Positions 38,369-47,792 of a stretch of DNA of 64,000 bases are shown piece after piece; position 1 is the first letter of the stretch, and each line of letters begins with the position of its first letter. The notes beneath the pieces are model-generated. The model worked only from the letters and a program-made list of their open reading frames with translations, was not told the DNA's origin and did not search any database. Source of the stretch: Cocleimonas sp. (GTDB taxonomy: Bacteria > Pseudomonadota > Gammaproteobacteria > Thiotrichales > Thiotrichaceae). The stretch is taken from positions 8,875 to 72,874 of the forward strand of contig JBALXO010000004.1 in assembly GCA_036960615.1 (NCBI GenBank), in the 5' to 3' direction. The position numbers and the translations under genes were made by a program.

Positions 38369-39472
38369 TTGACCTTCGCTAATTTCATTTTTGTGATTTT
38401 TATATTAGTTTCGATAGTGATTTTTATCGTGCTGGTATTGCTCATGCGCCAAATAAAAAAAGATGGGCGCTTGCCACAAGAAAAAATGACGACCCTTGCC
38501 GCAGTGTTATTTATTCCTGCGATTGTCATTTTCGCCTTACTGTTTAAAAGCATTTCAAATTGGCGCACTGATATTCGTCAAGAACAGAATCGCATCGAAA
38601 TCGAATCCTTTATCGCTAGTGTTTATGAGCCCTTAGCAAATTCGCGCTCGACATTACGTACGAATTTATTGGAGATGCAAACGCTAATTCAAAAAGTAGA
38701 GACGATGGAACTGATACACCCGAATCATATTGATCTGATTCGTATGGTCCGACAGCAGTGGTCATTAGGCCATGCCTCCTTGTATCAAGCATATACCGAA
38801 ACAGACAAAGAAGTGCGGCGTGCCTGGATTGCTCATAACACTATGGATAGGCAAGATGTGTTGTTGAAGTTTTCTAAGCAAGCGGTACAAATAGAAGCGC
38901 AGATTAAGAAAGCTCAAACTAACTATCAAACACATCTATATAGCGTGCAGGGTGAGATGGTAAAGATGTTGGATCGCGCAAGAAAGCTCTTAAGTTCAAA
39001 TCGCAGTCCGCCAAAATCTAAACAACAAATAGCGATTAACCAACAGCTTCGTGAAAAAATCAGACCATTAAACCCAGGCGTAACAACTGACCTTTTGAAC
39101 TTCATTGGCTCTTTAGATATGAGCTTAAAAGGTGATATGGAAATACTGCATGAGTTGATACGAGTGGCTAGTCAGCAATCTGCCATTATTCGTGACCATC
39201 TCTATAAAAACCGTGATTTAGAACAACCACTAACCAAAATCATCAACGATTGGAAGTTGCTAGAAGACAAAACCAACAAAAGCTTACAGCAAATTTATTA
39301 TGCGATTGAAGCAGAATATGTGGTGCTTAGATTAGGCCTACTTCAAGATAGTCCTTCAATTAAGGCTATGAATCAAACCTTGTTAAAAACTATTCCTGCT
39401 ATTAAAGGTGAAGGTTTGAAACAGAAAAAAAGAATTGATCAGAGTTATAGTATTAACTTGAGTGGCAATTAG
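38369..39472 (+). CDS. hypothetical membrane-anchored coiled-coil protein (TTG start)
   Basis: Two N-terminal TM helices, then ~300 aa of helical, Gln/Lys-rich sequence. AGGA lies 5 nt upstream of the TTG. No family recognised. Confidence 0.55.
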   Translation: MTFANFIFVIFILVSIVIFIVLVLLMRQIKKDGRLPQEKMTTLAAVLFIPAIVIFALLFKSISNWRTDIRQEQNRIEIESFIASVYEPLANSRSTLRTNLLEMQTLIQKVETMELIHPNHIDLIRMVRQQWSLGHASLYQAYTETDKEVRRAWIAHNTMDRQDVLLKFSKQAVQIEAQIKKAQTNYQTHLYSVQGEMVKMLDRARKLLSSNRSPPKSKQQIAINQQLREKIRPLNPGVTTDLLNFIGSLDMSLKGDMEILHELIRVASQQSAIIRDHLYKNRDLEQPLTKIINDWKLLEDKTNKSLQQIYYAIEAEYVVLRLGLLQDSPSIKAMNQTLLKTIPAIKGEGLKQKKRIDQSYSINLSGN

Positions 39473-39476
39473 TTTT

Positions 39477-39508
39477 AAAGACACCCACTACCTTTTTGCC
39501 TATCCTTC
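39477..39508 (+). repeat. C-rich extragenic repeat, copy 13
   Basis: AAAGACACCCACTACCTTTTTGCCTATCCTTC, 5 nt after the stop of the coiled-coil protein gene. Confidence 0.85.
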
Positions 39509-39512
39509 GGTT

Positions 39513-40142
39513 TTAACACTCTTTTATTTTTATTCTCTTCAAAAGAAAACTATGCACTTGACCAGCCTTTGCTTGTTTCAATATCTGTAACCCAAAGTCA
39601 CTCCAATCGAAATTCGCTTCGGATTCATGCTCTAAATAGATCAAACTATTTTCATCAATTATGCTTTCGGCAAATAAATAGTTTAGAGATTTTTCGATTA
39701 AGTCTTGTCGATAAGGCGGGTCTAAAAAAACAATATCAAGTGCCGTATCTGGTTTTTCTATTAGACTTAGAAAACCCAAAGCATCACTTTGAATGACTCT
39801 TGCTTCGGCATTTAGTAATGCCAGATTAGCATTAAGCTGTGCGGCGCACGCAACATTTTTCTCGACAAATATAACGTCTTTTGCACCACGAGATAAAGCC
39901 TCAAAACCCAAGGCTCCACTGCCTGCAAACATATCTATACAATTTGCTCCGTGGATATTTCCTTGAAGCCAATTAAACAACGTTTCTCTAATTCTATCTG
40001 GAGTGGGACGTAAACCCGGCGCATCAACAAAAGGTAATTTACGACTGCGCCATTCACCCCCAATAATTCTGAGGGTGTTATTACTCTTAGCGTTGCGTGT
40101 ATTAATTTGTGCTTTGTTTTTTGCCACTGCTTTCTTCGCCAT
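39513..40142 (-). CDS. rsmD: 16S rRNA (guanine966-N2)-methyltransferase
   Basis: LRIIGGEWRSRKL, GLRPTPDRIRETLFNWL, DMFAGSGALGFEALSRGA, FLDPPY. The start is either ATG 40142 or the upstream TTG 40175. Confidence 0.88.
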   Translation of the reverse strand: MAKKAVAKNKAQINTRNAKSNNTLRIIGGEWRSRKLPFVDAPGLRPTPDRIRETLFNWLQGNIHGANCIDMFAGSGALGFEALSRGAKDVIFVEKNVACAAQLNANLALLNAEARVIQSDALGFLSLIEKPDTALDIVFLDPPYRQDLIEKSLNYLFAESIIDENSLIYLEHESEANFDWSDFGLQILKQAKAGQVHSFLLKRIKIKEC

Positions 40143-41514
40143 CGGTTTTTGCAATATCAGCTTCGCCACCAACAATAATAGTTAATAGTTTGTCTAAATC
40201 AACGCGACGCTGAAAAGCATCAATTACTTCATCACGAGTCGTTTCGTTAACTACTTTAGTAAAGGTATCTAAATAATCAAGTGGCAAGCCATACATGCCG
40301 ATCATTTCGATATAGCCCATAATATCGCTATTACTGGCTGTGCGTAATGGAAAGCCACCCGTAATATTAAGTTTAGATGCTGTTAAATTTTCTATTGATG
40401 GACCTTCTTTCTGGAAAGTTGTTAACACTTCTCTTGCTACTTTAATCGCTTCATCGGTCTGTGATAGTTTAGTTTGTAGACCCACCATAAATGGCCCCTT
40501 TTCTTTCATAGGAATAAAGTAACTATAAACACTGTATGAAAGCCCGCGTTTAACGCGTATTTCTTTCATTAAACGAGAAGTAAAACCACTACCGCCCAAT
40601 TCGTGATTACCTAAATAAAGCGGAAAATAATCTTTATCGCCACGTTTATTACCAGGTTGACCAATAAAGATATGCGCTTGTGATGACGGATATGGAATTC
40701 GGATGGTTTTTGCTGCAATTAATGGTTTAACTTCAGGTATGGCTGCGGCTTTCTCACCTAAACCTTTATCGCCACCTAAAAGAGCCATTGATACTTTTTC
40801 AGCAATTTCCATTGCCTGCTTTTTATCTATTGAACCAACTAATGCTATCTGCCCGTTTTTATTTACAAAAAATTGTTTATAAAAAGCTTTTAAGTCGTCC
40901 GTAGACATTGCATTAATAGTTTCTTCATTGCCGTTTTGCGACTGACCATACGGATGATCTGGATACAGGTTTTCATAAAAGGCTTTATTCGCAATCGAAC
41001 CTGGATTTTGTTTTTCAGCTTGTAGTCCAATTAATGCTTGTTTTTTCAAACGTGAAAAATCCGCTTCAGGAAATTCTGGCTTCTCAATTACTTTTAACCA
41101 ACTCGACAATGCCGTTTCCATTTGCTCTTCAAGCGTCAAAGTTCGCAGGCTAATTGAAGCTGTGTCTCTACCTGCATTAGCTGAATAATTTGCACCCACA
41201 GATTCAAATGTTTCTGCAATTTGGTCGGCGTTTAATCCAGCAGCACCTTTGCTGAGCATGCTAGTAGTCATACCCGCAACACCAAGCTTATTGCCATCAT
41301 AGGCACTACCTGCAGCGAACGTGAGGCTCAAATCTAGCATTGGAAGCTCTGGCACATTAACGAAATAAACGCGCAAACCAGATGATGTTTCCCAGTTTTC
41401 AATTTTAGGCGCTGCTTGGCTTATTTGACTGACAATAATTAATACCGTTGCTACTACAAACTTTGATGAATTTAATTTCATAAAATCGAATTGTAATTTA
41501 TTTAAAAATGACAT
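40102..41514 (-). CDS. M16-family peptidase subunit lacking the HxxEH motif (non-catalytic type)
   Basis: Signal peptide and the two-domain M16 layout, but no HxxEH. Paired with the catalytic M16 gene upstream. Confidence 0.8.
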   Translation of the reverse strand: MSFLNKLQFDFMKLNSSKFVVATVLIIVSQISQAAPKIENWETSSGLRVYFVNVPELPMLDLSLTFAAGSAYDGNKLGVAGMTTSMLSKGAAGLNADQIAETFESVGANYSANAGRDTASISLRTLTLEEQMETALSSWLKVIEKPEFPEADFSRLKKQALIGLQAEKQNPGSIANKAFYENLYPDHPYGQSQNGNEETINAMSTDDLKAFYKQFFVNKNGQIALVGSIDKKQAMEIAEKVSMALLGGDKGLGEKAAAIPEVKPLIAAKTIRIPYPSSQAHIFIGQPGNKRGDKDYFPLYLGNHELGGSGFTSRLMKEIRVKRGLSYSVYSYFIPMKEKGPFMVGLQTKLSQTDEAIKVAREVLTTFQKEGPSIENLTASKLNITGGFPLRTASNSDIMGYIEMIGMYGLPLDYLDTFTKVVNETTRDEVIDAFQRRVDLDKLLTIIVGGEADIAKTDGEESSGKKQSTN

Positions 41515-42938
41515 TATTGCTTCTCCTGCTTTTCGCCAAGTGGCAACGGGATCAGTTCCGCAACGGTCAAATGGTTTTCGATTAGGTATTTTTTCGCCAC
41601 ATCCTGAATTTGTTCTGCAGTAACAGCAAGAACACCAGGTACATATTGGTCGATGTATTTATGTCCTAGGCCAACCGTTTCTAGTGAGCCGAGTAAAGTA
41701 GCCATGTGTTCAATTGAATCTCTTTCAAAAACCTCACCTGCAATCACTTGGGCTTTGACTCGTTTGAGTTCAGCTTCGCTCACCAATTCAGTTTTTAAGG
41801 TTTCAACTTCAGCAAGTATTAATTCTTTTAGCTTCTGTGTAGGAATACCTTTAGCTGGTGTGCCAGAAATAACTAATAGATTCTCTAAACGACCATAGCC
41901 GTAATAACCCGCATAAGCATTTGCAGCAACTTCTTTTCCTCGGACTAAATTCTTCGCAAAGCGTGCACTGTCTCCACCACTTAGAATATTGGCTAACACT
42001 TCAAGCGCATAAGGCTCCCATGCAGGAACTTTTCCTTGTTTCGCGCTTATCATTGCTGGTGTTTTGAAACCCAGGCGAAGACTAGCAAGTTTGGCAGGAA
42101 GCTTAAGCGTTATATTTCGAATACCTTTTTGCTCTACTTCTGTTCTGGCTTTTACAACGGGTAATGGATTACTTTTATAGTCACCAAAGTATTTTTTTGC
42201 CATGGCATGCACAGCATCAGGCTCAACATCACCCACAACAACTAAAGTAGCATTGTTCGGCGTGTACCATTTTTTATACCAAATTTTGGCATCATCTAAT
42301 GTCATTCCTTCTAAATCGACCATCCAACCAATCACTGGTGCACGATAAGGACTGTTTAAAAAAGCGATCGCGTTAAACTGCTCACGTGTCAGCGAACTCG
42401 GTTTGTCATCTGTTCTCCATCGACGTTCTTCTTTAACTACTTCAATCTCTTTTTCAAATTCTTTTTCATCAAAAACTAGATTACGCATACGATCAGCTTC
42501 AATTTCAATTGCTTGCTCTAATTTATCGTTGGCTAATACTTCGTAATAAGCTGTGTAGTCTTGAGAGGTGAAAGCATTATTCTTTGCACCTATAGCAGAC
42601 ACGAGCTTCTCAAACTCACCAGACTTTCGAGTTTTAGTGCCTTTAAACATCATGTGTTCTAAAGCATGCGAGAGACCGGTAATACCTTCATGCTCGTAAC
42701 TAGTACCGACTTTATACCAAACTTGAATCACGGCAACGGGAGCACGTTTATCCTGTTTGACGATAACTTTTAAGCCATTCTCTAAATCATATTCATGGAC
42801 TGGATTTTTATTCATTCCATCATCTGCAGCATTAGCGGAAAAACTAAAAACAGAAAGTAAAATAACGGTGGAAAATAAAAAACTAATACGGCTACGTGTT
42901 GCAGGTGATAAACTTCTAATCATTATTTTTTTGCCCAT
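41514..42938 (-). CDS. M16-family zinc peptidase (pitrilysin-like, catalytic subunit)
   Basis: Inverted zinc motif GLSHALEHMMFKGT (HxxEH), a downstream E-rich block, and a signal peptide. Confidence 0.85.
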   Translation of the reverse strand: MGKKIMIRSLSPATRSRISFLFSTVILLSVFSFSANAADDGMNKNPVHEYDLENGLKVIVKQDKRAPVAVIQVWYKVGTSYEHEGITGLSHALEHMMFKGTKTRKSGEFEKLVSAIGAKNNAFTSQDYTAYYEVLANDKLEQAIEIEADRMRNLVFDEKEFEKEIEVVKEERRWRTDDKPSSLTREQFNAIAFLNSPYRAPVIGWMVDLEGMTLDDAKIWYKKWYTPNNATLVVVGDVEPDAVHAMAKKYFGDYKSNPLPVVKARTEVEQKGIRNITLKLPAKLASLRLGFKTPAMISAKQGKVPAWEPYALEVLANILSGGDSARFAKNLVRGKEVAANAYAGYYGYGRLENLLVISGTPAKGIPTQKLKELILAEVETLKTELVSEAELKRVKAQVIAGEVFERDSIEHMATLLGSLETVGLGHKYIDQYVPGVLAVTAEQIQDVAKKYLIENHLTVAELIPLPLGEKQEKQ

Positions 42939-42962
42939 AAACCTAAAAAGTTAAGTATAACA

Positions 42963-44183
42963 ATGTTCCGACTATTTAAGAAAAAAAAGCCGAGCGATGA
43001 ATCAGTTAGTAAAGACCTCGTTGAAAATCTAGTTGAAGATCTCGCGGACGACGATAAAGTCGACCAACTTGACAATGAAATCAGTGCTGATATTAAAACA
43101 GAACTAGATACGCATATCGAAGTCGATGGGATCCAAAATTTAGAACCTCAAGCTACAGAAGAAGTTCCTGTAAGTATTGAAAATAAGCCTGAAGTAGAAA
43201 TGACTACAGAGGCTATCGTAGAAGCTGAAGTGCAACTTGCACAAGAGCAACCAGAAAAGAAAGGGCTTTTTCAACGCTTAAAATCTGGCCTAGCTAAAAC
43301 CAGTAATACCTTAACCGAAGGCATGAGTTCTTTAGTGTTAGGTAAGAAAAAAATAGACGAAGAAGTACTAGAAGAATTAGAAACTCGTTTGTTAATGGCT
43401 GATGTTGGGATGGAAGCGACTCAACGTATTATCAACGACTTAACGCAACGATCTTCGCGCAATGAACTCAATGATGTCGACGCCCTAATGGCCGCCTTGA
43501 ATGACGAAATGGTCAAGATTCTACGTCCTGTATCAAAACCTTTAGATTTAGATGACGTCGATGGCCCTGCTGTAATTCTAATGGTTGGCATTAATGGCGC
43601 AGGAAAAACGACTACAATAGGAAAACTTGCTAAACAATTTCAAAATGATGGTATGTCCGTCATGCTGGCAGCAGGTGACACTTTCCGAGCAGCAGCAGTT
43701 GAGCAGTTACAAGTATGGGGCGAGCGCAATGATATTCCTGTGGTTGCACAAGGCACTGGTGCTGATAGTGCTTCGGTTATTTACGATGCGATGGAATCAG
43801 CCAAGGCAAAAAATATAGATATCCTTTTAGCAGACACCGCTGGACGTTTGCACACTCAAACCAACTTAATGGAAGAACTAAAAAAAGTTAAGCGTGTAAT
43901 GCAAAAAATAAATCCTGATGCACCTCATGAAATTATGCTGATTGTTGATGCAAGCATTGGACAAAATGCCTTAGTGCAAGCTAAAGAGTTTGATGCAGCA
44001 TTAGGCTTAACAGGTATTACAGTCACTAAATTAGACGGTACAGCAAAAGGTGGAATATTATTTGCAATGGCAGAAAAAACAGGTATTCCAGTCAGGTTTA
44101 TAGGCGTTGGAGAATCTATAGATGATTTACAAGAGTTTGATGCTTACGAATTTACGGGTGCTTTACTTGCAAACGAAGACTAA
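42963..44183 (+). CDS. ftsY: signal recognition particle receptor
   Basis: Acidic N-terminal A domain, then the NG domain (GINGAGKTTTIGKLA, DTFRAAA, DTAGRL, TKLDGTAKGG). Confidence 0.95.
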   Translation: MFRLFKKKKPSDESVSKDLVENLVEDLADDDKVDQLDNEISADIKTELDTHIEVDGIQNLEPQATEEVPVSIENKPEVEMTTEAIVEAEVQLAQEQPEKKGLFQRLKSGLAKTSNTLTEGMSSLVLGKKKIDEEVLEELETRLLMADVGMEATQRIINDLTQRSSRNELNDVDALMAALNDEMVKILRPVSKPLDLDDVDGPAVILMVGINGAGKTTTIGKLAKQFQNDGMSVMLAAGDTFRAAAVEQLQVWGERNDIPVVAQGTGADSASVIYDAMESAKAKNIDILLADTAGRLHTQTNLMEELKKVKRVMQKINPDAPHEIMLIVDASIGQNALVQAKEFDAALGLTGITVTKLDGTAKGGILFAMAEKTGIPVRFIGVGESIDDLQEFDAYEFTGALLANED

Positions 44184-44341
44184 TTAACCGCTCTATTTAC
44201 ATCAATATCCTATGGCTTGTTTATTGAAGATATAAGTTCATACGATACGGTAACAGCAACTCAGTTACTTATTCAAAATATTTAGTTGCCACATAATTTC
44301 TCATTATTAATACATATGAGACTGCTTGCAGTAATTATTCG

Positions 44342-44761
44342 ATGAATTCCGAAAACATTAAAAAAATAGCATACACCGACAAAGAGCTGAATAATAAAGG
44401 GCTTCGATATAAACAGTTACAAGAGTTTGACACTGAAGTTAACTGGAGTGGATTAGTTGAGTTAATTGTACGCCACTACGTTGAATCCGGTATTGGTATG
44501 CTAAAAGTACCTGTAGAAACTATGATTCGAGTATATTTTTTGCAATTAAGATATAACCTTAATGCTCGTGAAGCAGCTATCGCTTTATCCAAAATCGATG
44601 TCTTAAGAAATTTTGCGATAATCAACATTAAAACTGATGTTTTGCCTGAAGAAGATTCCATCGACACTTTTAGATCTCTTGTTGAATTAACCGATCTAGC
44701 AAATAAATTTTCAGCTGCTTTTAATATTCAACCCATGAAACAAATAGTCAAAGAGGTTTAA
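44342..44761 (+). pseudogene. IS5/IS1182-like transposase remnant (N-terminal InsH-type domain only, 139 aa)
   Basis: W..L..LI.......G....P.ETMIRVYFLQLRYNLNAREAAIAL......RNF......LPEEDSIDTFRSLV matches the pattern of the transposase InsH N-terminal domain. There is no DDE catalytic domain and I recognised no terminal inverted repeats. Confidence 0.6.
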
Positions 44762-44763
44762 TA

Positions 44764-46365
44764 TTATCTTTTGATTGCCATCTGAATACCGTCCCATACC
44801 TTTTGGCTAATTTCAGTATTACCCAGAAATCGAACAATGATTGATTTACCGTTTTTCTCGAAATCAGGATTCTGGGCAGCGATCTCTTTAAGTTCGCGTT
44901 TGGCTTTAATATTATCACCCAATTGCGTATATGCGATACATCGAAAAATGCAGCCGTTCATTAATCCTGGCGCAACTATTTTCTCAGCCTCCATTAATGC
45001 CTTTTTATATTTTTCTTCTCGGTAATAAGCTAAAGATAAAATCATATGATACCAAGAGGGATAATTATTAGACATATTCATCGCTTTTTTGACTAAGGGT
45101 AGTCCTTCGTCCCATCTGTTCATGAGACAGAAAAAGAATCCACATGCATATTCTATAACTGCGTTAAATTTGTTAATACTCCTGGTAATGCGGAATTCCT
45201 CTAAGCATCGATCCCATTCACCTTGGCTGAATAATATTTGGCCTAAAGTAAAATGCGCCTCATGTGAATCCTGACGTAAATGAATTGCTCTTTCTGCATA
45301 TCGCAACCCTTTATCTAATGATGACTCGATTAAATTGAAGTTATGAACATAGTCTCTACGACAAAGATCAGACATCAAAATATTTGCAATAACATCATCA
45401 GAATTCCTTTCTAGCGAAGACTCACCAGCTTCAATAGCTTTAGCAAGTGTCTCAGAATTTAAAGTGTCGTAAAATTGCCTATAATAAGCGAAGACTTTCA
45501 ATTTATCAGGGATATTATCTTTATTCAGCAACAATACTCTAGCCCAGTCCAAAAGGAGCTTGCCTTGATGAATATCAACAATAGTGGTTATGATTCTTGC
45601 AAATATATTTTCTTGATCCAACAATGGGATTTCAGATTGTATTTCGAAGCTTTCAGACCAAACTACCTCTTCTTTAACATCTGTTAAGCGGCAAAGTAAT
45701 TCATATTTGCCTTTTGTGAGATCCTGCATATATAAATATAATCTATATACTGAATCTATCTCTTGATGCATGCTTGATGATTCGCACTTATCGGAATAAG
45801 GATTAAAAACGACAAATTTAGTAAGAACAAAATTACTAAGTTCTTTAGCCAAACAATCAGTCGTTCGAAGTAGTAAACGATTACTAAGCTTACTTTGTGT
45901 TACGTCAGTGAAACTAACTAAAGCAATTTTTGGGCCAGAAGACGCTTCTATTTCAGCGCTTTCACGCTTAAAATCTGTTCTGTTAAAATTTGAATTTACG
46001 GAACACCTTATTAAATCCGGCGTATATGTCCCCTTTGGGATTGTAATGACAACCTTATTATCATCCGTATTGTTATAAAACTCATTTAAACGTTTACGGA
46101 CTCTACCACCCATAATTCTTACAACAGGATTACTGTCAGAATCAAAATCGTCAGGCAAATCTAAAGCTTCAACACCAATTGTGTATTGCTTTAGCAGTTT
46201 GCCTTCACCGACAAGTGTTTTTTTAACTACGTACTCTAGGAAATGCTTCATCTGTTTCGCAGAGTTAAAATAAATGCTCGCTAGGATTGTTGCTAATTGG
46301 TTTTCAACTAATTGCTTTTCTTCCTCACTCATTTCTGATGGAACTAGACGTTTATCAGCCTCCAT
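44764..46365 (-). CDS. TPR-repeat protein with a conserved N-terminal regulator-like domain
   Basis: The C-terminal ~200 aa are TPR-like. The N-terminal ~120 aa (ILASIYFNSAKQMKHFLEYVVKKTL...YTIGVEAL..PDDFDSDSNPVVRIMGGRVRKRLNEFY...ITIPKGTYTPD) resemble, from memory, the domain preceding TPRs in some cyclase/regulator proteins. Confidence 0.6.
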   Translation of the reverse strand: MEADKRLVPSEMSEEEKQLVENQLATILASIYFNSAKQMKHFLEYVVKKTLVGEGKLLKQYTIGVEALDLPDDFDSDSNPVVRIMGGRVRKRLNEFYNNTDDNKVVITIPKGTYTPDLIRCSVNSNFNRTDFKRESAEIEASSGPKIALVSFTDVTQSKLSNRLLLRTTDCLAKELSNFVLTKFVVFNPYSDKCESSSMHQEIDSVYRLYLYMQDLTKGKYELLCRLTDVKEEVVWSESFEIQSEIPLLDQENIFARIITTIVDIHQGKLLLDWARVLLLNKDNIPDKLKVFAYYRQFYDTLNSETLAKAIEAGESSLERNSDDVIANILMSDLCRRDYVHNFNLIESSLDKGLRYAERAIHLRQDSHEAHFTLGQILFSQGEWDRCLEEFRITRSINKFNAVIEYACGFFFCLMNRWDEGLPLVKKAMNMSNNYPSWYHMILSLAYYREEKYKKALMEAEKIVAPGLMNGCIFRCIAYTQLGDNIKAKRELKEIAAQNPDFEKNGKSIIVRFLGNTEISQKVWDGIQMAIKR

Positions 46366-46552
46366 TTTTGGTTAACCTCGAGCCAACTTTTTCTTGCACA
46401 ACTATTAAATATATTTTAGAGCTTGATAGTTATAGTCTATCAAGACGATATATTCATAATTAGTTTATTTTTTGTAAAATTAATTATTTGACCATGCCTA
46501 GAGTAATCTATTTGAACTTTTGATAGCACTACTTTGCATTATATTTTCTATA

Positions 46553-47665
46553 TCAGTAAGCAAAAATATCAACATCTATACCTGTTTCTCTAATACTATC
46601 AGCTCTTGCTGAAATATATCTTTGAAAATTGGCTTCAGTTTTATAAGCACCCGACAATACATAATCGAAGACTGATTGAACATGAAAAGTTCTTAATTGA
46701 GTATCGACACGCATAATTTGACTGCCATCATTATTGAAGAAAATCATTGCAGGTAAATATTCCACGCCTAAATCTGTTGCCCATTGTTTAGCCGTTGTAT
46801 TATCACCATTGGGAGTTATCAACTTGATATCTGAATAACGATCTAGTTGGACTGCTATAAATTTTTCGACTAAAGCTAAAGTAGTTTCATCTTCTAAAGT
46901 TTTTTGATGAAGTAAATCACAATTTTCACAGTTTTCAGCTTCAAAAAAAACAGCTGTATATTTATCATCCGAATCTTGGATGTTTCTTCTGTCAAGATTA
47001 AAAGCTGGGGTAATAAAAAAGTCTTGTTTATTCAACCCTGACTTGGTTTTAGGGATTATATTTTTATTTTCTATCATAGAAAATTCACTAAATTTAACGC
47101 TTTTCTCATGCTTCCCAGAAACATAATTCATACTTTTTTGAAAGTTCTCTATGGGAACATACCCATTAAGTTGATGTATGATTTTTCGATTCTCATCAAA
47201 GAATAATAATGTTGGGGTGTATTTAATACCAAGGGCTTCAGCAAAGCTTTTTTCACTGTAGGCGGTGCCACCAACATTAACTATTTCACGATCACCCCAC
47301 ATATTTAAAGCAACTATATCGAAGTTTTGCCGAAACTCATCCACGACTTTTTGATCAGCAAAATTATCATCCCATAACTGATCACAATAGGGACAACCAG
47401 GTTGCCAAAAATAAACAACTAAGCGTTTTTTATTTTCTGTTGCTTCAGCAATATCTTCTTCAAGATCTAAAAAACTTTCTTTGAACCAAGTAGGATGAGT
47501 AGCATCTTTCGCACCACGGAATTCACCTACTTTTTCAATATGAGCAGCTTTTACCTCTACCTTATTTTCATCTGCAATGACCACAGCTTGACCACAAAAA
47601 CAAAATAACAATAGTGTCAGAATAAACTTAGTTACTGTAATCATTCCTATCCTCATCTTTAACAT
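46553..47665 (-). CDS. periplasmic protein with two thioredoxin-like domains
   Basis: Signal peptide. First domain has WQPGCPYCDQLW (CxxC) and the second has EAENCENCDLL (CxxC). Confidence 0.72.
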   Translation of the reverse strand: MLKMRIGMITVTKFILTLLLFCFCGQAVVIADENKVEVKAAHIEKVGEFRGAKDATHPTWFKESFLDLEEDIAEATENKKRLVVYFWQPGCPYCDQLWDDNFADQKVVDEFRQNFDIVALNMWGDREIVNVGGTAYSEKSFAEALGIKYTPTLLFFDENRKIIHQLNGYVPIENFQKSMNYVSGKHEKSVKFSEFSMIENKNIIPKTKSGLNKQDFFITPAFNLDRRNIQDSDDKYTAVFFEAENCENCDLLHQKTLEDETTLALVEKFIAVQLDRYSDIKLITPNGDNTTAKQWATDLGVEYLPAMIFFNNDGSQIMRVDTQLRTFHVQSVFDYVLSGAYKTEANFQRYISARADSIRETGIDVDIFAY

Positions 47666-47792
47666 AATTTATCTCATCTAATTGTATATATACCGAAATT
47701 AATATACATAATAATTCAAGAAGCTCAGATTGCGTTCAGAGATAATATGGGTAAACTGTATCGCTCAAACGGGCATAAAATCAAAACTTATA

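Noticed and set aside
47730-47792. N-terminal extensions suggested by the ORF track for ftsE (47730), the M50-like gene (5655), the PLA2-like gene (5554), the dsbA-like gene (22548), gshB (31582), yrfG (24726), the SPOR gene (22162) and moxR (62016)
   Set aside because: The extensions use non-ATG or unsupported starts. They overlap divergent neighbours or a predicted -10 box. They add residues that are absent from the well-known homologues (FtsE, GshB, YrfG). I preferred downstream starts with better context, but all of these starts remain predictions.
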